Shown here in pieces: positions 19,307 to 30,260 of a stretch of 38,821 bases of DNA. Numbering within the stretch: position 1 is the first letter of the stretch; the number at the start of each line of letters is the position of its first letter. The position numbers were made by a program, and so were the translations under genes. Below the pieces are notes generated by a model that worked only from the letters and a program-made list of their open reading frames with translations, made no database searches and was not told where the DNA came from. Location of the stretch: contig DAHUXY010000067.1 of NCBI GenBank assembly GCA_027315505.1, positions 1 to 38,821 on the forward strand, written 5' to 3'. This stretch comes from Vulcanimicrobiota bacterium (lineage in GTDB: Bacteria > Vulcanimicrobiota > Vulcanimicrobiia > Vulcanimicrobiales > Vulcanimicrobiaceae).

Positions 19307-20350
19307 CTACGCACCGACTTCAAGCAGCACCTTGATCGCGCGCCGCTCGTCCATCGCCTGGTATCCCTGCGCGACGGCCTCGAGCGGAAGACGCAAATCG
19401 AAGACGCGCGACGGATCGATCGAGCCGTCCATCACGTGGGCCATCAACGTATCGATGTACGCGCGGGCCGGAGCGAGTGCCCCATGCAGCGAGACATTTT
19501 TCAGGAAGAGCGGCCGCAACGGCACTTGCTTCACGTTATGCGGTACGCCGACGAAGCTCACGATGCCGCCCGGTCGCGCAACCTCGATCGCGAGGTCCAT
19601 GGATTCTTGGTTGCCGACCGCTTCGACTACGGTAAGCGATCCGCCACGCGTGAGCTCAAAAATCTCCGCGCCGGCGCCCTCGGTGTGCGAGTTGAACGTG
19701 TGCGTCGCACCGAATTCCCGTGCAAGCGCGAGCCGCGCATCGTTGTGGCCGACGGCGATAACATGCTCCGCACCGATCACCCGCGCCGCCGACAAGATGC
19801 CGCACAAGCCGACCGCGCCGTCGCCGACGACAACAACGGTTCCGCCGCGCTGCGCGCCCGCGGTCACGACACCGTGGTGGCCCGTTGCCATCACGTCGGT
19901 AAGCGCTGCGGATGCGGCCAATTTTTGCGGATCCGACGCCATGCCGTCGGCCATCTTCACCAGCGTTCCATCGGCATACGGGACACGCACGAATTCGGCT
20001 TGACCGCCGTTCGCGTCGTCGCCGAAGTTGCTCATGTGCACGCACGACGTTTGCAAGCCGCGATGACAGTACTCGCACGTTCCGTCGCTCGAAACGAACG
20101 GCGCGATGACGTAATCCCCCGGCTTGAGGCTGCGAACGCCGGCGCCCACTTCTTCAACCACGCCCACGAACTCGTGGCCGGTGCGGTCTCCCGGCGTCCA
20201 CTCCGTCACGCCGCGATAGAACCACAGGTCGGAGCCGCAAATCGCAGCCCGGACGACGCGAACGATCGCATCGAGCGGCTCTTTGATCGAAGGATCGGGC
20301 ACATTCTCGAGCCGCACGTCGCGCGCCCCATGATACACGGTAGCTTTCAT
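19307..20350 (-). CDS. zinc-dependent alcohol dehydrogenase family oxidoreductase (MDR superfamily)
   Basis: Met14 of the track ORF gives MKATVYHGARDVRLENVP.... The Zn ligand region (CGSDLW, GHEFVGVVEEVG) and a Rossmann motif (VVGDGAVGL) are present. It lies 6 nt upstream of the hydrolase gene. Confidence 0.88.
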   Translation of the reverse strand: MKATVYHGARDVRLENVPDPSIKEPLDAIVRVVRAAICGSDLWFYRGVTEWTPGDRTGHEFVGVVEEVGAGVRSLKPGDYVIAPFVSSDGTCEYCHRGLQTSCVHMSNFGDDANGGQAEFVRVPYADGTLVKMADGMASDPQKLAASAALTDVMATGHHGVVTAGAQRGGTVVVVGDGAVGLCGILSAARVIGAEHVIAVGHNDARLALAREFGATHTFNSHTEGAGAEIFELTRGGSLTVVEAVGNQESMDLAIEVARPGGIVSFVGVPHNVKQVPLRPLFLKNVSLHGALAPARAYIDTLMAHVMDGSIDPSRVFDLRLPLEAVAQGYQAMDERRAIKVLLEVGA

Positions 20351-20409
20351 CGAGAGTAGTAACCGGCCGCGCATCCGAACTGGTTTCATGGCGGGCAGGA
20401 TGCCTGAAT

Positions 20410-20724
20410 ATGTCGGAGGATTTCCAATCGCTCCTTGGCCGGCTGAAATTAAACGAGGTGGTAGAAAGAATGCCTATTTGGTGGACCGCCACCGTTTCTG
20501 TCTGCTTGATAACGGGACTCGTCGCCTCGCTAGTGATGGTACTTCAGGGACGCAGGCCAGTTCGAGCGATTCTCCCCTATTGCGGGGCAACTGCGTTGAC
20601 GGCTGGCCTGTTGCTTTCATTTCTAATTTGGCCCTACAAGATGATAGCGGAGGGAGCCATGCTAAGCGTCGTCCCGCTGTGGATGGCTCTTGGGCGTCTT
20701 TTTTCCCACCGCTATCGATCCTGA
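20410..20724 (+). CDS. hypothetical small membrane protein (about 3 TM segments) in a less G+C-rich islet
   Basis: 104-aa ORF with three hydrophobic stretches (WWTATVSVCLITGLVASLVMVL, ATALTAGLLLSFLIW, MLSVVPLWMALGRLF). The competing frame (20388..20774) looks non-proteinaceous. Codon usage differs from the neighbours, so coding status is not certain. Confidence 0.5.
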   Translation: MSEDFQSLLGRLKLNEVVERMPIWWTATVSVCLITGLVASLVMVLQGRRPVRAILPYCGATALTAGLLLSFLIWPYKMIAEGAMLSVVPLWMALGRLFSHRYRS

Positions 20725-20774
20725 ACCGGTCTTGGCGGCGCGGAATTCTTCGGTGCGTTGCGAAAGAGAGGGGC

Positions 20775-21311
20775 ATGCATGTTTTTGCTCTGCTTCTTTC
20801 GGCGGTCCTCGGCAACTTGACGCTCGCTCAGGCGGCGCCGCCGATCGCGCCTCCGGCCGCGATAAGCTCACCGCTCCCGGCGGATATTCTGAATAACGGG
20901 GCGTGTATGGACTCGCCGCGGGCGGTGCCGCTGGCCCTCCAGCCGCCGGCCGTCCGGTCGATGCAAATCGTGCGGATCGATAAGGTCGTCTCCACCAGCA
21001 GCATGCTGCAGGACGAGGTGATCGGCTACCTTTACACGCTGCAGGACGGCACCACGTGGCTCGGGCAGCGGACGAGCGACTACATGTCGGGGGCCGACGC
21101 CACGGCGATCAACCAGGTGCTCTCGTCGACCCACCTGCCCAATCAGGACGTCAAAGCCTTCCCGCCTCAGATGAAGCTTGGGGTAGCCACGAAGTACCAG
21201 CAGTTCTTCCGAGTCAACATCCCGGCGGTAGCCCTGAGCGGCCTGGATATCCGGCTCGATCCGTGCGTGGCATGGCCGGCCGGGCGACCTCTGCCCGACC
21301 CCTCGATGTAG
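20775..21311 (+). CDS. hypothetical secreted protein (signal peptide, no recognisable domain)
   Basis: Met130 of the 20388..21311 ORF follows a purine-rich AGAGAGGGG stretch. The product starts MHVFALLLSAVLGNLTLAQA|AP, a classic signal peptide, followed by a Pro-rich linker and about 130 aa containing two Cys. Confidence 0.65.
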   Translation: MHVFALLLSAVLGNLTLAQAAPPIAPPAAISSPLPADILNNGACMDSPRAVPLALQPPAVRSMQIVRIDKVVSTSSMLQDEVIGYLYTLQDGTTWLGQRTSDYMSGADATAINQVLSSTHLPNQDVKAFPPQMKLGVATKYQQFFRVNIPAVALSGLDIRLDPCVAWPAGRPLPDPSM

Positions 21312-21335
21312 ACGGGGCGCCGCCTTCGGGGTACA

Positions 21336-21362
21336 CTAGCACTGTGCGCATCCGAGTGCTAA
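21336..21362 (+). promoter_or_regulatory. CIRCE element (HrcA operator) upstream of hsp20-lon
   Basis: CTAGCACTG-N9-GAGTGCTAA compared with the consensus TTAGCACTC-N9-GAGTGCTAA: the right arm is perfect and the left arm matches 7 of 9. It ends 23 nt before the hsp20 ATG. Confidence 0.75.
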
Positions 21363-21385
21363 AAATACGGGTTTCAGCGTAATAC

Positions 21386-21775
21386 ATGGATTTCGTACTG
21401 CGGCCCCGATTGGGGCATTTCGAGCCGAACGCCGACGTCGTCGTCGACGAGGAGCGTGGGCAGGTCGTCGTAGCGATTGAAGTCGCCGGCGCCGACCCCC
21501 AGAGCCTTCACGTCTCGGTCGACGAGCGCTATCTGCTCATCAGCGGGCGCCGTTCGGCGGCGAATCGCCTGCACCGCGGCTCGTTCGTTCAAAAAGAGAT
21601 TTCGTACGGCGATTTTGCCAAGCGGATCGCCCTCCCGGTCGCGGTCGATTACGGCGAAGTGGTAGCGAGCTACACCGACGGTGTGCTCGTGATCGCTCTC
21701 CCGATTGCAGCGACCGCTTACCTCCCGGCCACGCGAACCGAGATTCGCTTGATCGTTAAAAGGACTCATTCGTAA
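21386..21775 (+). CDS. Hsp20/alpha-crystallin family small heat-shock protein
   Basis: 129-aa ORF with an alpha-crystallin domain (VVVAIEVAGADPQSLHVSVDERYLLISGRR...YGDFAKRIALP...ASYTDGVLVIALP). The region N-terminal to the domain is very short. Confidence 0.85.
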   Translation: MDFVLRPRLGHFEPNADVVVDEERGQVVVAIEVAGADPQSLHVSVDERYLLISGRRSAANRLHRGSFVQKEISYGDFAKRIALPVAVDYGEVVASYTDGVLVIALPIAATAYLPATRTEIRLIVKRTHS

Positions 21776-21778
21776 CAT

Positions 21779-24249
<2,471 letters not shown>

Positions 24250-24253
<4 letters not shown>

Positions 24254-25641
24254 GCCTGGATTCTCGCGGGCTCGCCGCGGGAGTACGAAATCAACGCGAC
24301 CACGATCATGACGCCCGCGACGCCTGCAAAGTAGGACGTCGCGGGCGCAAACGTATGTGCGAGCGGCCCGAGACGCGCGGCGCGCGCAAAGTACACGGCA
24401 CCCGCGGTCGCAACCCCGAGTAATTGCCCGGTGGTGCGCGCGGTGGCTAGCGTTCCCGCCGCGATGCCGCGGCGGTGTGCGGGTGCGGCGCCCATGATCG
24501 CGCTGTTGTTCGGCTGCGTGAAGACGGCCGTGCCGCAGCCGGTTACGCTCAGTGCCACGACGATTTGCCACACGCTGGGGAGCCCGGGTAAGAGCGCTAA
24601 CATCACCGATCCGGCCGTTACGAGTAGCGCCCCGAAGGTTGAAACGTAGCGCGCCGGGATCCGATCCGAGAGCGATCCGGCGATCGGCGCTAGGACGATG
24701 TTGAGCACGGTAAGGGGAATGAGCATCAAGCCGGCCTTGAGCGGTGATGCGCCCAGCGCCAATTGCGCGGCGAGCGGAACGATAAAAATAACGCCGGATT
24801 GCGCGGTGAAATACACGAACGCTGCGATCGTCGATAGCGAGAACAGCGGATTGCGAAAGAGTTCCAGGTCCAGCGTCGGGCTCTTGACGCGTCGTTCGAT
24901 CGCGATGAATGCGACGAGGCTTACGGCCGCAATCCCGAACGTGACGAGCGTGGGCAGCGACGTCCATCCCCATATGTCGCCGCGCGAAATCGCTAGCGAT
25001 GCGCTCAAGAGGCCCACGACCGAGCACAATGCGCCGAGCGGATCGAAACCCTGCGGGTGCGGTCGCGGCGATGGCAGGATGAGTACCGCGAGCACGAGCG
25101 CCACGATGGTAATCGGAACGTTGATCGAAAAAATCCAGCGCCAATCACCGTAGGTGGTAATGGCGCCGCCCAAGATGGGCCCGGTGGAGAGCCCGACCGC
25201 AACGGCCGCGCCGTTCAACCCGATCGCGCGTCCACGGTCACGCCCGGGAAAGGTATCGACGATCAAGGCTTGCGTGCACGAAACCAGCATCGCCGATCCC
25301 AAGCCTTGCAGGATGCGAAACGCGATCAGCGCTTCGAGCGTGGGCGCGAGTGCGCACGCGAGCGAACCGGCGCCGAAGATGCCGAATCCGATGAGATAGA
25401 TACGCTTTTGCCCGAACATGTCGCCGAGGCGCCCGAAGAGCACGAGGGTGGATGCGGTGACGAGCAGATACGCGAGGATGATCCATTCGGCTTCGTCGAC
25501 GCTGTGCCCGAAGGCGTGCGCGATCGAGGGCATGGACACGTTGGCGATCGACCCGTCGAGCGGGCCCATAAACGTGCCGAGCATCACCGTGCCGAGGATG
25601 AACCAACGGTGCGCGGGGTGCGAGCGAACGGCCGCCTTCAC
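24250..25641 (-). CDS. MFS transporter, DHA2 (EmrB/QacA-like, 14-TMS type) family
   Basis: The GTG at 25641 (codon 280 of the 24250..26478 ORF) gives 463 aa. MFS motif A (GRLGDMFGQKR) and a DHA2-like N-terminal pattern (LGTFMGPLDGSIANVSMPSI) are present. The upstream part of the track ORF is Arg-rich and overlaps the B12-domain gene out of frame. Confidence 0.88.
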
Positions 25642-26609
25642 GCGGTCTGGTGCACGAGTTCGTTGGCCAGTGCCACCGCGAGGGACGGCGTTGCGGCGTA
25701 ACCGTCCGCGCCGATACGTTGCCAGAGCGTCGGATCCAGCGCGAACGCGCGCCCACCCACGAGCACCAGCGGCGCGACCGGACGATCGAGGAGCGCGGCG
25801 ATAAAGTTGCGGACGGGAATCACGTCGCGAGCGAGGGTTGCCGAGAGCGCGAGCACGTCGACGGAGACGCGGTCCACGTAATCGAGGAGATCCTCCGGCG
25901 GAATATTTCCGCCCAAGTACGTGGCATGCCAGCCGCCCAGCGCGAAGGTGTCCGCAAGCATGCGCGCGCCGACCTCGTGCGCAGAGCTTCCGAGCGACGC
26001 GGTTACGACCGCAAACTCGCGGAACGGGCGAACGGCCTGTAATTCGGCGATATGGGCCATGAAGCGTTCGATCGCCGCAGTAATGGCGTGCTCCTCCGAG
26101 ATGCCGATCGCGTTGTGTTCCCAAAGCCGCCCGGTTTCGTGCAGCAACGGCGTAACGATCTCGTCGTAGAGTTCGGCTTGGGTGGTGCCCTTCGCGACGC
26201 AGCACAGGAGCTCGCGCGACGCGCGCTGTTCGTCCCCCTCCAGCAGTAAGTTGAGGAGCCGGCCGGCAACGGCGCCGTGCGGAGAGGCTACGTCGATCGC
26301 GCACTCCGGGGCGGGGTCGGAGCGTTGCGCGATGGCGTCGCGGGCCGCTTCCACAATAGCGCGCGCGCGCGGCGCATTGGAGAGCGGTAAGAGCGTGCCG
26401 AGCGAATCGAACAGGCTCTGCAAGGCGGCCTCGACGCTCGCGGGCGATTCGCGATGAGTGACGAGCGAGTGCGCCCACCGCGCCAGATCGACGAAGAGGG
26501 CGGGCGCCGATAACTCCACCGCATCGCGAAGGCCCGCGACAAATTCATCGCCTAATTGAAATGGCAGCGCTGCCAAGGGGTCGCGCGGCCGCAGGGACGA
26601 CGTTAGCAC
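25638..26609 (-). CDS. cobalamin-binding-domain protein (B12-binding_2 cap plus B12-binding Rossmann module) with an unassigned about 115-aa N-terminal helical region
   Basis: 323-aa ORF with a GTG start. A W-x9-EH signature (LWEHNAIGISEEHAI) and a His-loop (GSSAHEVGARMLADTFALGGWHATYLGGNIP) were read directly. Its TGA overlaps the MFS GTG (GTGA). Confidence 0.8.
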   Translation of the reverse strand: MLTSSLRPRDPLAALPFQLGDEFVAGLRDAVELSAPALFVDLARWAHSLVTHRESPASVEAALQSLFDSLGTLLPLSNAPRARAIVEAARDAIAQRSDPAPECAIDVASPHGAVAGRLLNLLLEGDEQRASRELLCCVAKGTTQAELYDEIVTPLLHETGRLWEHNAIGISEEHAITAAIERFMAHIAELQAVRPFREFAVVTASLGSSAHEVGARMLADTFALGGWHATYLGGNIPPEDLLDYVDRVSVDVLALSATLARDVIPVRNFIAALLDRPVAPLVLVGGRAFALDPTLWQRIGADGYAATPSLAVALANELVHQTA

Positions 26610-26660
26610 ACCCCCTACAACACAGCGCAGCCCCGGGCTGATGCAGCTTAGAGGGACGAA

Positions 26661-27851
26661 ATGGCCGCTTCGGAAGTGTTAGGCATCGTGAAAAAGACAC
26701 TGTTGCTCCTGCCGGGCCCCGTGCCCGTCGCTCAACCCGTTCTCGAAGCCATGGCATGGCCGATGATCAATCATCGCGGCCCCGAATTTGCGGAGCTGCA
26801 AGGGCGCCTCGAACGCGATATGCGGCCGATTTTCGGCACCGAAGGCGACGTCGTCTTCCTGGGCTGCTCCGGGACGGGCGGCCTTGAGGCTGCGGTAGCG
26901 AGCACGTTTTCGCCCGGAGACCATCTGCTCTCTTGCCCGGTCGGCGTGTTCGGAAAGCGCTTGGCGACGATCGCCACATCGTTCGGCTGCACGGTGGAGA
27001 CGGTGGAGACGCCGCTCGGATCGTCCTTGGATCCGCAGGCCCTCGCGGCGCGGCTGGAAGCCGATACCGAACGACGGATCGCCGGCGTGTTGTTCACGCA
27101 CAACGAAACCTCGACCGGCGTGCAAAACGATATGTCCGCCTACGTTCCCGCGCTCAAGAAGCACGGCGCGATTTCGATCGTCGATTCGGTCAGTGGTTTG
27201 GGCGCGTCGCATTTTGCGATGGATAGCTGGGGCTACGACGTCGTCGTTACCGCCTCGCAGAAGGCCTTGGCCGTTCCGCCCGGCGTCGCGATGGTGGCGG
27301 TGAGCGAACGCGGGTGGAGCGCGATGGAACGCGCCCGTGGTGCGCGCTTCTACTTCGATTTACTCAAAGCGCGCGAATTCTCGCGTAACGGTCAAACGCC
27401 GTGGACCCCGCCGATTTCGGTGTTTTACGCGCTGGCCGTCTCGTTATCGCGCTATCATAGCGCCGGAATGGAAGCGCAATTCGCGCGGCACGCCGGTTAC
27501 GCGCAAGCGATTCGCGCCGCATTTGAAACGCTCGGATTTACGATTTTTTCGGCACCGGACGCGCACTCGGTGACGGTCGTTGCGGCAACGCCGCCGGCGG
27601 GCGTGCAGGCCGGCGCCTTTCTCACGCGGTTGCGCGAAGAATACGGCGTCGTCCTATCGGGCGGTCAGGGCGAACTGGCGGGCAAAATCGTGCGCATGGG
27701 CACGATGGGCGACGTAAGCGCCGGCGATATTCTGGGTGCCGTCGGCTCGATCGAATGCGCGCTCGCCGATATCGGCGCGCCGGTCGAGTTCGGGAGCGGC
27801 GTCGCGGCGGCCGCGAGCGAATTGCGCGCGTCTACTACCGTGACGGCATAG
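26661..27851 (+). CDS. class-V pyridoxal-phosphate aminotransferase (serine-pyruvate / alanine-glyoxylate aminotransferase-like)
   Basis: 396-aa ORF containing LLLPGPVPV, GSGTGGLEAAV-like GCSGTGGLEAAV, and the PLP-lysine region VVTASQKALAVPPG. Confidence 0.88.
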   Translation: MAASEVLGIVKKTLLLLPGPVPVAQPVLEAMAWPMINHRGPEFAELQGRLERDMRPIFGTEGDVVFLGCSGTGGLEAAVASTFSPGDHLLSCPVGVFGKRLATIATSFGCTVETVETPLGSSLDPQALAARLEADTERRIAGVLFTHNETSTGVQNDMSAYVPALKKHGAISIVDSVSGLGASHFAMDSWGYDVVVTASQKALAVPPGVAMVAVSERGWSAMERARGARFYFDLLKAREFSRNGQTPWTPPISVFYALAVSLSRYHSAGMEAQFARHAGYAQAIRAAFETLGFTIFSAPDAHSVTVVAATPPAGVQAGAFLTRLREEYGVVLSGGQGELAGKIVRMGTMGDVSAGDILGAVGSIECALADIGAPVEFGSGVAAAASELRASTTVTA

Positions 27852-27962
27852 CAACGTCGTAGCACGAGCTTCTCATAATCTTCATATAAGGAGCCTAGAC
27901 TAGCAACGAATGATAGTGCTTGTATCACCCATTGCCATATTCGCCGTGGACGGCTTCGCGGC

Positions 27963-28865
27963 GTGAGTATCGCAAATAACGCGCCGAGCGGGCAAACGCC
28001 GCAACTCAATTATCGCACGGCGATCGGCCTCGGCCTCATTCACCTAGGCGCGATAGCCGCGGTCTTTCCGGTGTTTTTTAGTTGGTCCGGCCTCGCCGTG
28101 GCGATCGTTGCGGCGTGGGTGACCGGTGGCCTTGGGATCACGCTCGGCTACCACCGCTTGCTCACCCATCGCAGTTTCCACGCGCCGAAAGCGGTCGAGT
28201 ACGCTCTGGCCGTCTGCGGGGTTCTTGCGTTGCAGGGCGGCCCGACCGATTGGGTCGCGACCCATCGCAAGCACCACGCCTTCTCCGATCGCGACGGCGA
28301 CCCGCACAACTCCGCGTTAGGAATGGCGTGGGCGCATATCGGTTGGCTCGTCCTGGCCAACAAGGACCGGGTCAAGGACGGCGAGTTCAAACGATGGGCC
28401 GAAGACTTGCAGCGCGTTTCGTTCTATCGCTTTTTAGACCGCTCTATGTTGGCGATACAAGTGCTGTTCGCGCTCGCGTTGTTTGCGATCGGCGGCTGGT
28501 CGTGGGTGATCTGGGGCGTATTCGTTCGCTTGGTTCTCGTCTATCACGTGACGTGGTTGGTAAACAGCGCCGCGCACGGGAGCGGCTACCAGAGTTACGC
28601 TTCCGGCGATCGTTCCAAAAATTGCTGGTGGGTTGCATTGGCCGCGTTCGGCGAGGGCTGGCACAATAACCACCATGCCTTTCCATCGTCGGCCCGCCAC
28701 GGGATCGCGTGGTTCGAGTTCGATCTCACGTGGCTCACGATCCGCATAATGCGCTTCTTGCGTCTCGCGCACAACGTCAAAATCCCGACCCCGGAGATGC
28801 TGGACCGGCTCCGGCTCAACAAGAGCCCGGTGATGAAGGCCGCGGAGCGGCGAGGAGTCGTCTAG
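27963..28865 (+). CDS. acyl-CoA/acyl-lipid delta-9-type fatty acid desaturase
   Basis: 300-aa ORF with a GTG start. All three membrane-desaturase His boxes are present (HRLLTHRSF, HRKHHAFSD, HNNHHAFP), along with hydrophobic segments. Confidence 0.9.
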   Translation: MSIANNAPSGQTPQLNYRTAIGLGLIHLGAIAAVFPVFFSWSGLAVAIVAAWVTGGLGITLGYHRLLTHRSFHAPKAVEYALAVCGVLALQGGPTDWVATHRKHHAFSDRDGDPHNSALGMAWAHIGWLVLANKDRVKDGEFKRWAEDLQRVSFYRFLDRSMLAIQVLFALALFAIGGWSWVIWGVFVRLVLVYHVTWLVNSAAHGSGYQSYASGDRSKNCWWVALAAFGEGWHNNHHAFPSSARHGIAWFEFDLTWLTIRIMRFLRLAHNVKIPTPEMLDRLRLNKSPVMKAAERRGVV

Positions 28866-29752
28866 CTCGTCCAGAGATGGAGGGCGGCATATGCGCGCCA
28901 TGGGTGCCATGCTTGCGCGCGCGCGAGCAATTCCGCCGGTGTAGGGCGGCGGCCATATTCGCCTTCGAGCGCGCGCATCAGGCCGATATCGGCGACCGGG
29001 AACGCGTCCGGTTCGCGCAACTGGCGCATGGCGATATACTGTGCGGTCCATTCGCCGATTCCCGGCAACGCGCGCAAACGCGAGACGGCGTCCGCAAGGC
29101 TGGGGCCGGCCGCAAAGAGCCGCGGGTTTGCGACGGTCGCCGCAGCGAGCGACGAGAGCGCAGCGGCGCGCGAGCGCGGCATCCCCAATACCGAGAGGTC
29201 GGCATCGGCAAGATGCACCGGTTGCGGAAATACGTGCGTTAATCCGTCCGTTCCGCCGGGTTGAACCGACGTTCCGAACAATGCGACGAGCCGGCCGGCA
29301 AGCCGGCGCGCCGCGACAACCGTGATTTGCTGGCCGAGGATTGCGCGGATTGCGAGTTCGAAGCCGTCCCATGCGCCGGGTACGCGCAGGCCCGGATGCG
29401 CGGCGACCAAGGGCGCCAGCAGCGAGTCTGCGCTCAGATGCCGATCGATCGCGATCGGATCGGCGGCAAGATCGAAGATGCGAGCCACGCGCTCGAGAAT
29501 CGCCGGTATGGCGCGCGCGTGCGGAAAGAGAATCGTGACTTGAAGGGTGTTACGCCCGCCTAGCCGGACCGCTATTTCCCCATGTGCGCCGGCGTGTTCG
29601 ATGGTACGGACGTAGGCGTTATCCCGAACGGCCTCGACACCCGGAATTGCGCGCAGCGCAAGAAATCCAAGCATCGCATCCCAGTCATACGGCGGCCGAT
29701 ACGGCAGCCGCCGCACTCTACGCGTGATGGCGCCGGAAGTACGGTAGGACAA
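28862..29752 (-). CDS. alkA: DNA-3-methyladenine glycosylase II (AlkA-type: AlkA N-domain plus HhH-GPD)
   Basis: 296-aa ORF with a TTG start. It has the N-terminal PPYDWDAMLGFL as in AlkA, the helix-hairpin-helix LPGIGEWTAQYIAMR and the catalytic-Asp region DAFPVADIGL. An alternative GTG at 29716, 1 nt after the cvpA stop, would remove the 35-nt overlap with cvpA. Confidence 0.85.
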   Translation of the reverse strand: MSYRTSGAITRRVRRLPYRPPYDWDAMLGFLALRAIPGVEAVRDNAYVRTIEHAGAHGEIAVRLGGRNTLQVTILFPHARAIPAILERVARIFDLAADPIAIDRHLSADSLLAPLVAAHPGLRVPGAWDGFELAIRAILGQQITVVAARRLAGRLVALFGTSVQPGGTDGLTHVFPQPVHLADADLSVLGMPRSRAAALSSLAAATVANPRLFAAGPSLADAVSRLRALPGIGEWTAQYIAMRQLREPDAFPVADIGLMRALEGEYGRRPTPAELLARAQAWHPWRAYAALHLWTS

Positions 29753-30260
29753 AAGGTTTGGCGAACCAGGGGATGGTCGTCAGAATCGCCTTATCGATAC
29801 CGGCGTTGGGTTCGGTCAAGTAGCCGACCAAGTGCGAGCGATGCAGATCGGTGCGAATGTCCGGTGAGAGCGGAAAATAGAGCGCGACGAACAGTACGAA
29901 CCACATGAGCACGGCGCCCTTGATCACGCCGACCGCGCCTCCGGCAATCGCGTTGCCGATGCCGAGAATCGGGAGTTTTGCGAACCGATTGAGCACCCAC
30001 GATGCCGCGATGATCACGGCGTACGTGGCGATGCCGGTTAAGAACATGCCGACGACGTGCGACGAGCCCGGCCCAAGTTTGAGATACTGCTCCAGCGGGG
30101 CATCCAGGCCGCCGGTATAGTACCACGGCGTAATCAGCGCTGCGACCACCGCAATCGCGCCGGCCAGCTCGGAGACGAATCCGCGCGAAAAGCCTTTGAA
30201 TGCGGAGATCACGATAACGGCGCCGATGATGATATCGGGCCACGCGATGCCGAGAATCAT
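29718..30260 (-). CDS. cvpA: CvpA-family membrane protein
   Basis: 180-aa ORF starting MILGIAWPDIIIGAVIVISAFKGFSRGFVSEL, with four hydrophobic helices. Its ATG overlaps the pheT TGA (ATGA). Confidence 0.82.
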   Translation of the reverse strand: MILGIAWPDIIIGAVIVISAFKGFSRGFVSELAGAIAVVAALITPWYYTGGLDAPLEQYLKLGPGSSHVVGMFLTGIATYAVIIAASWVLNRFAKLPILGIGNAIAGGAVGVIKGAVLMWFVLFVALYFPLSPDIRTDLHRSHLVGYLTEPNAGIDKAILTTIPWFAKPFVLPYFRRHHA

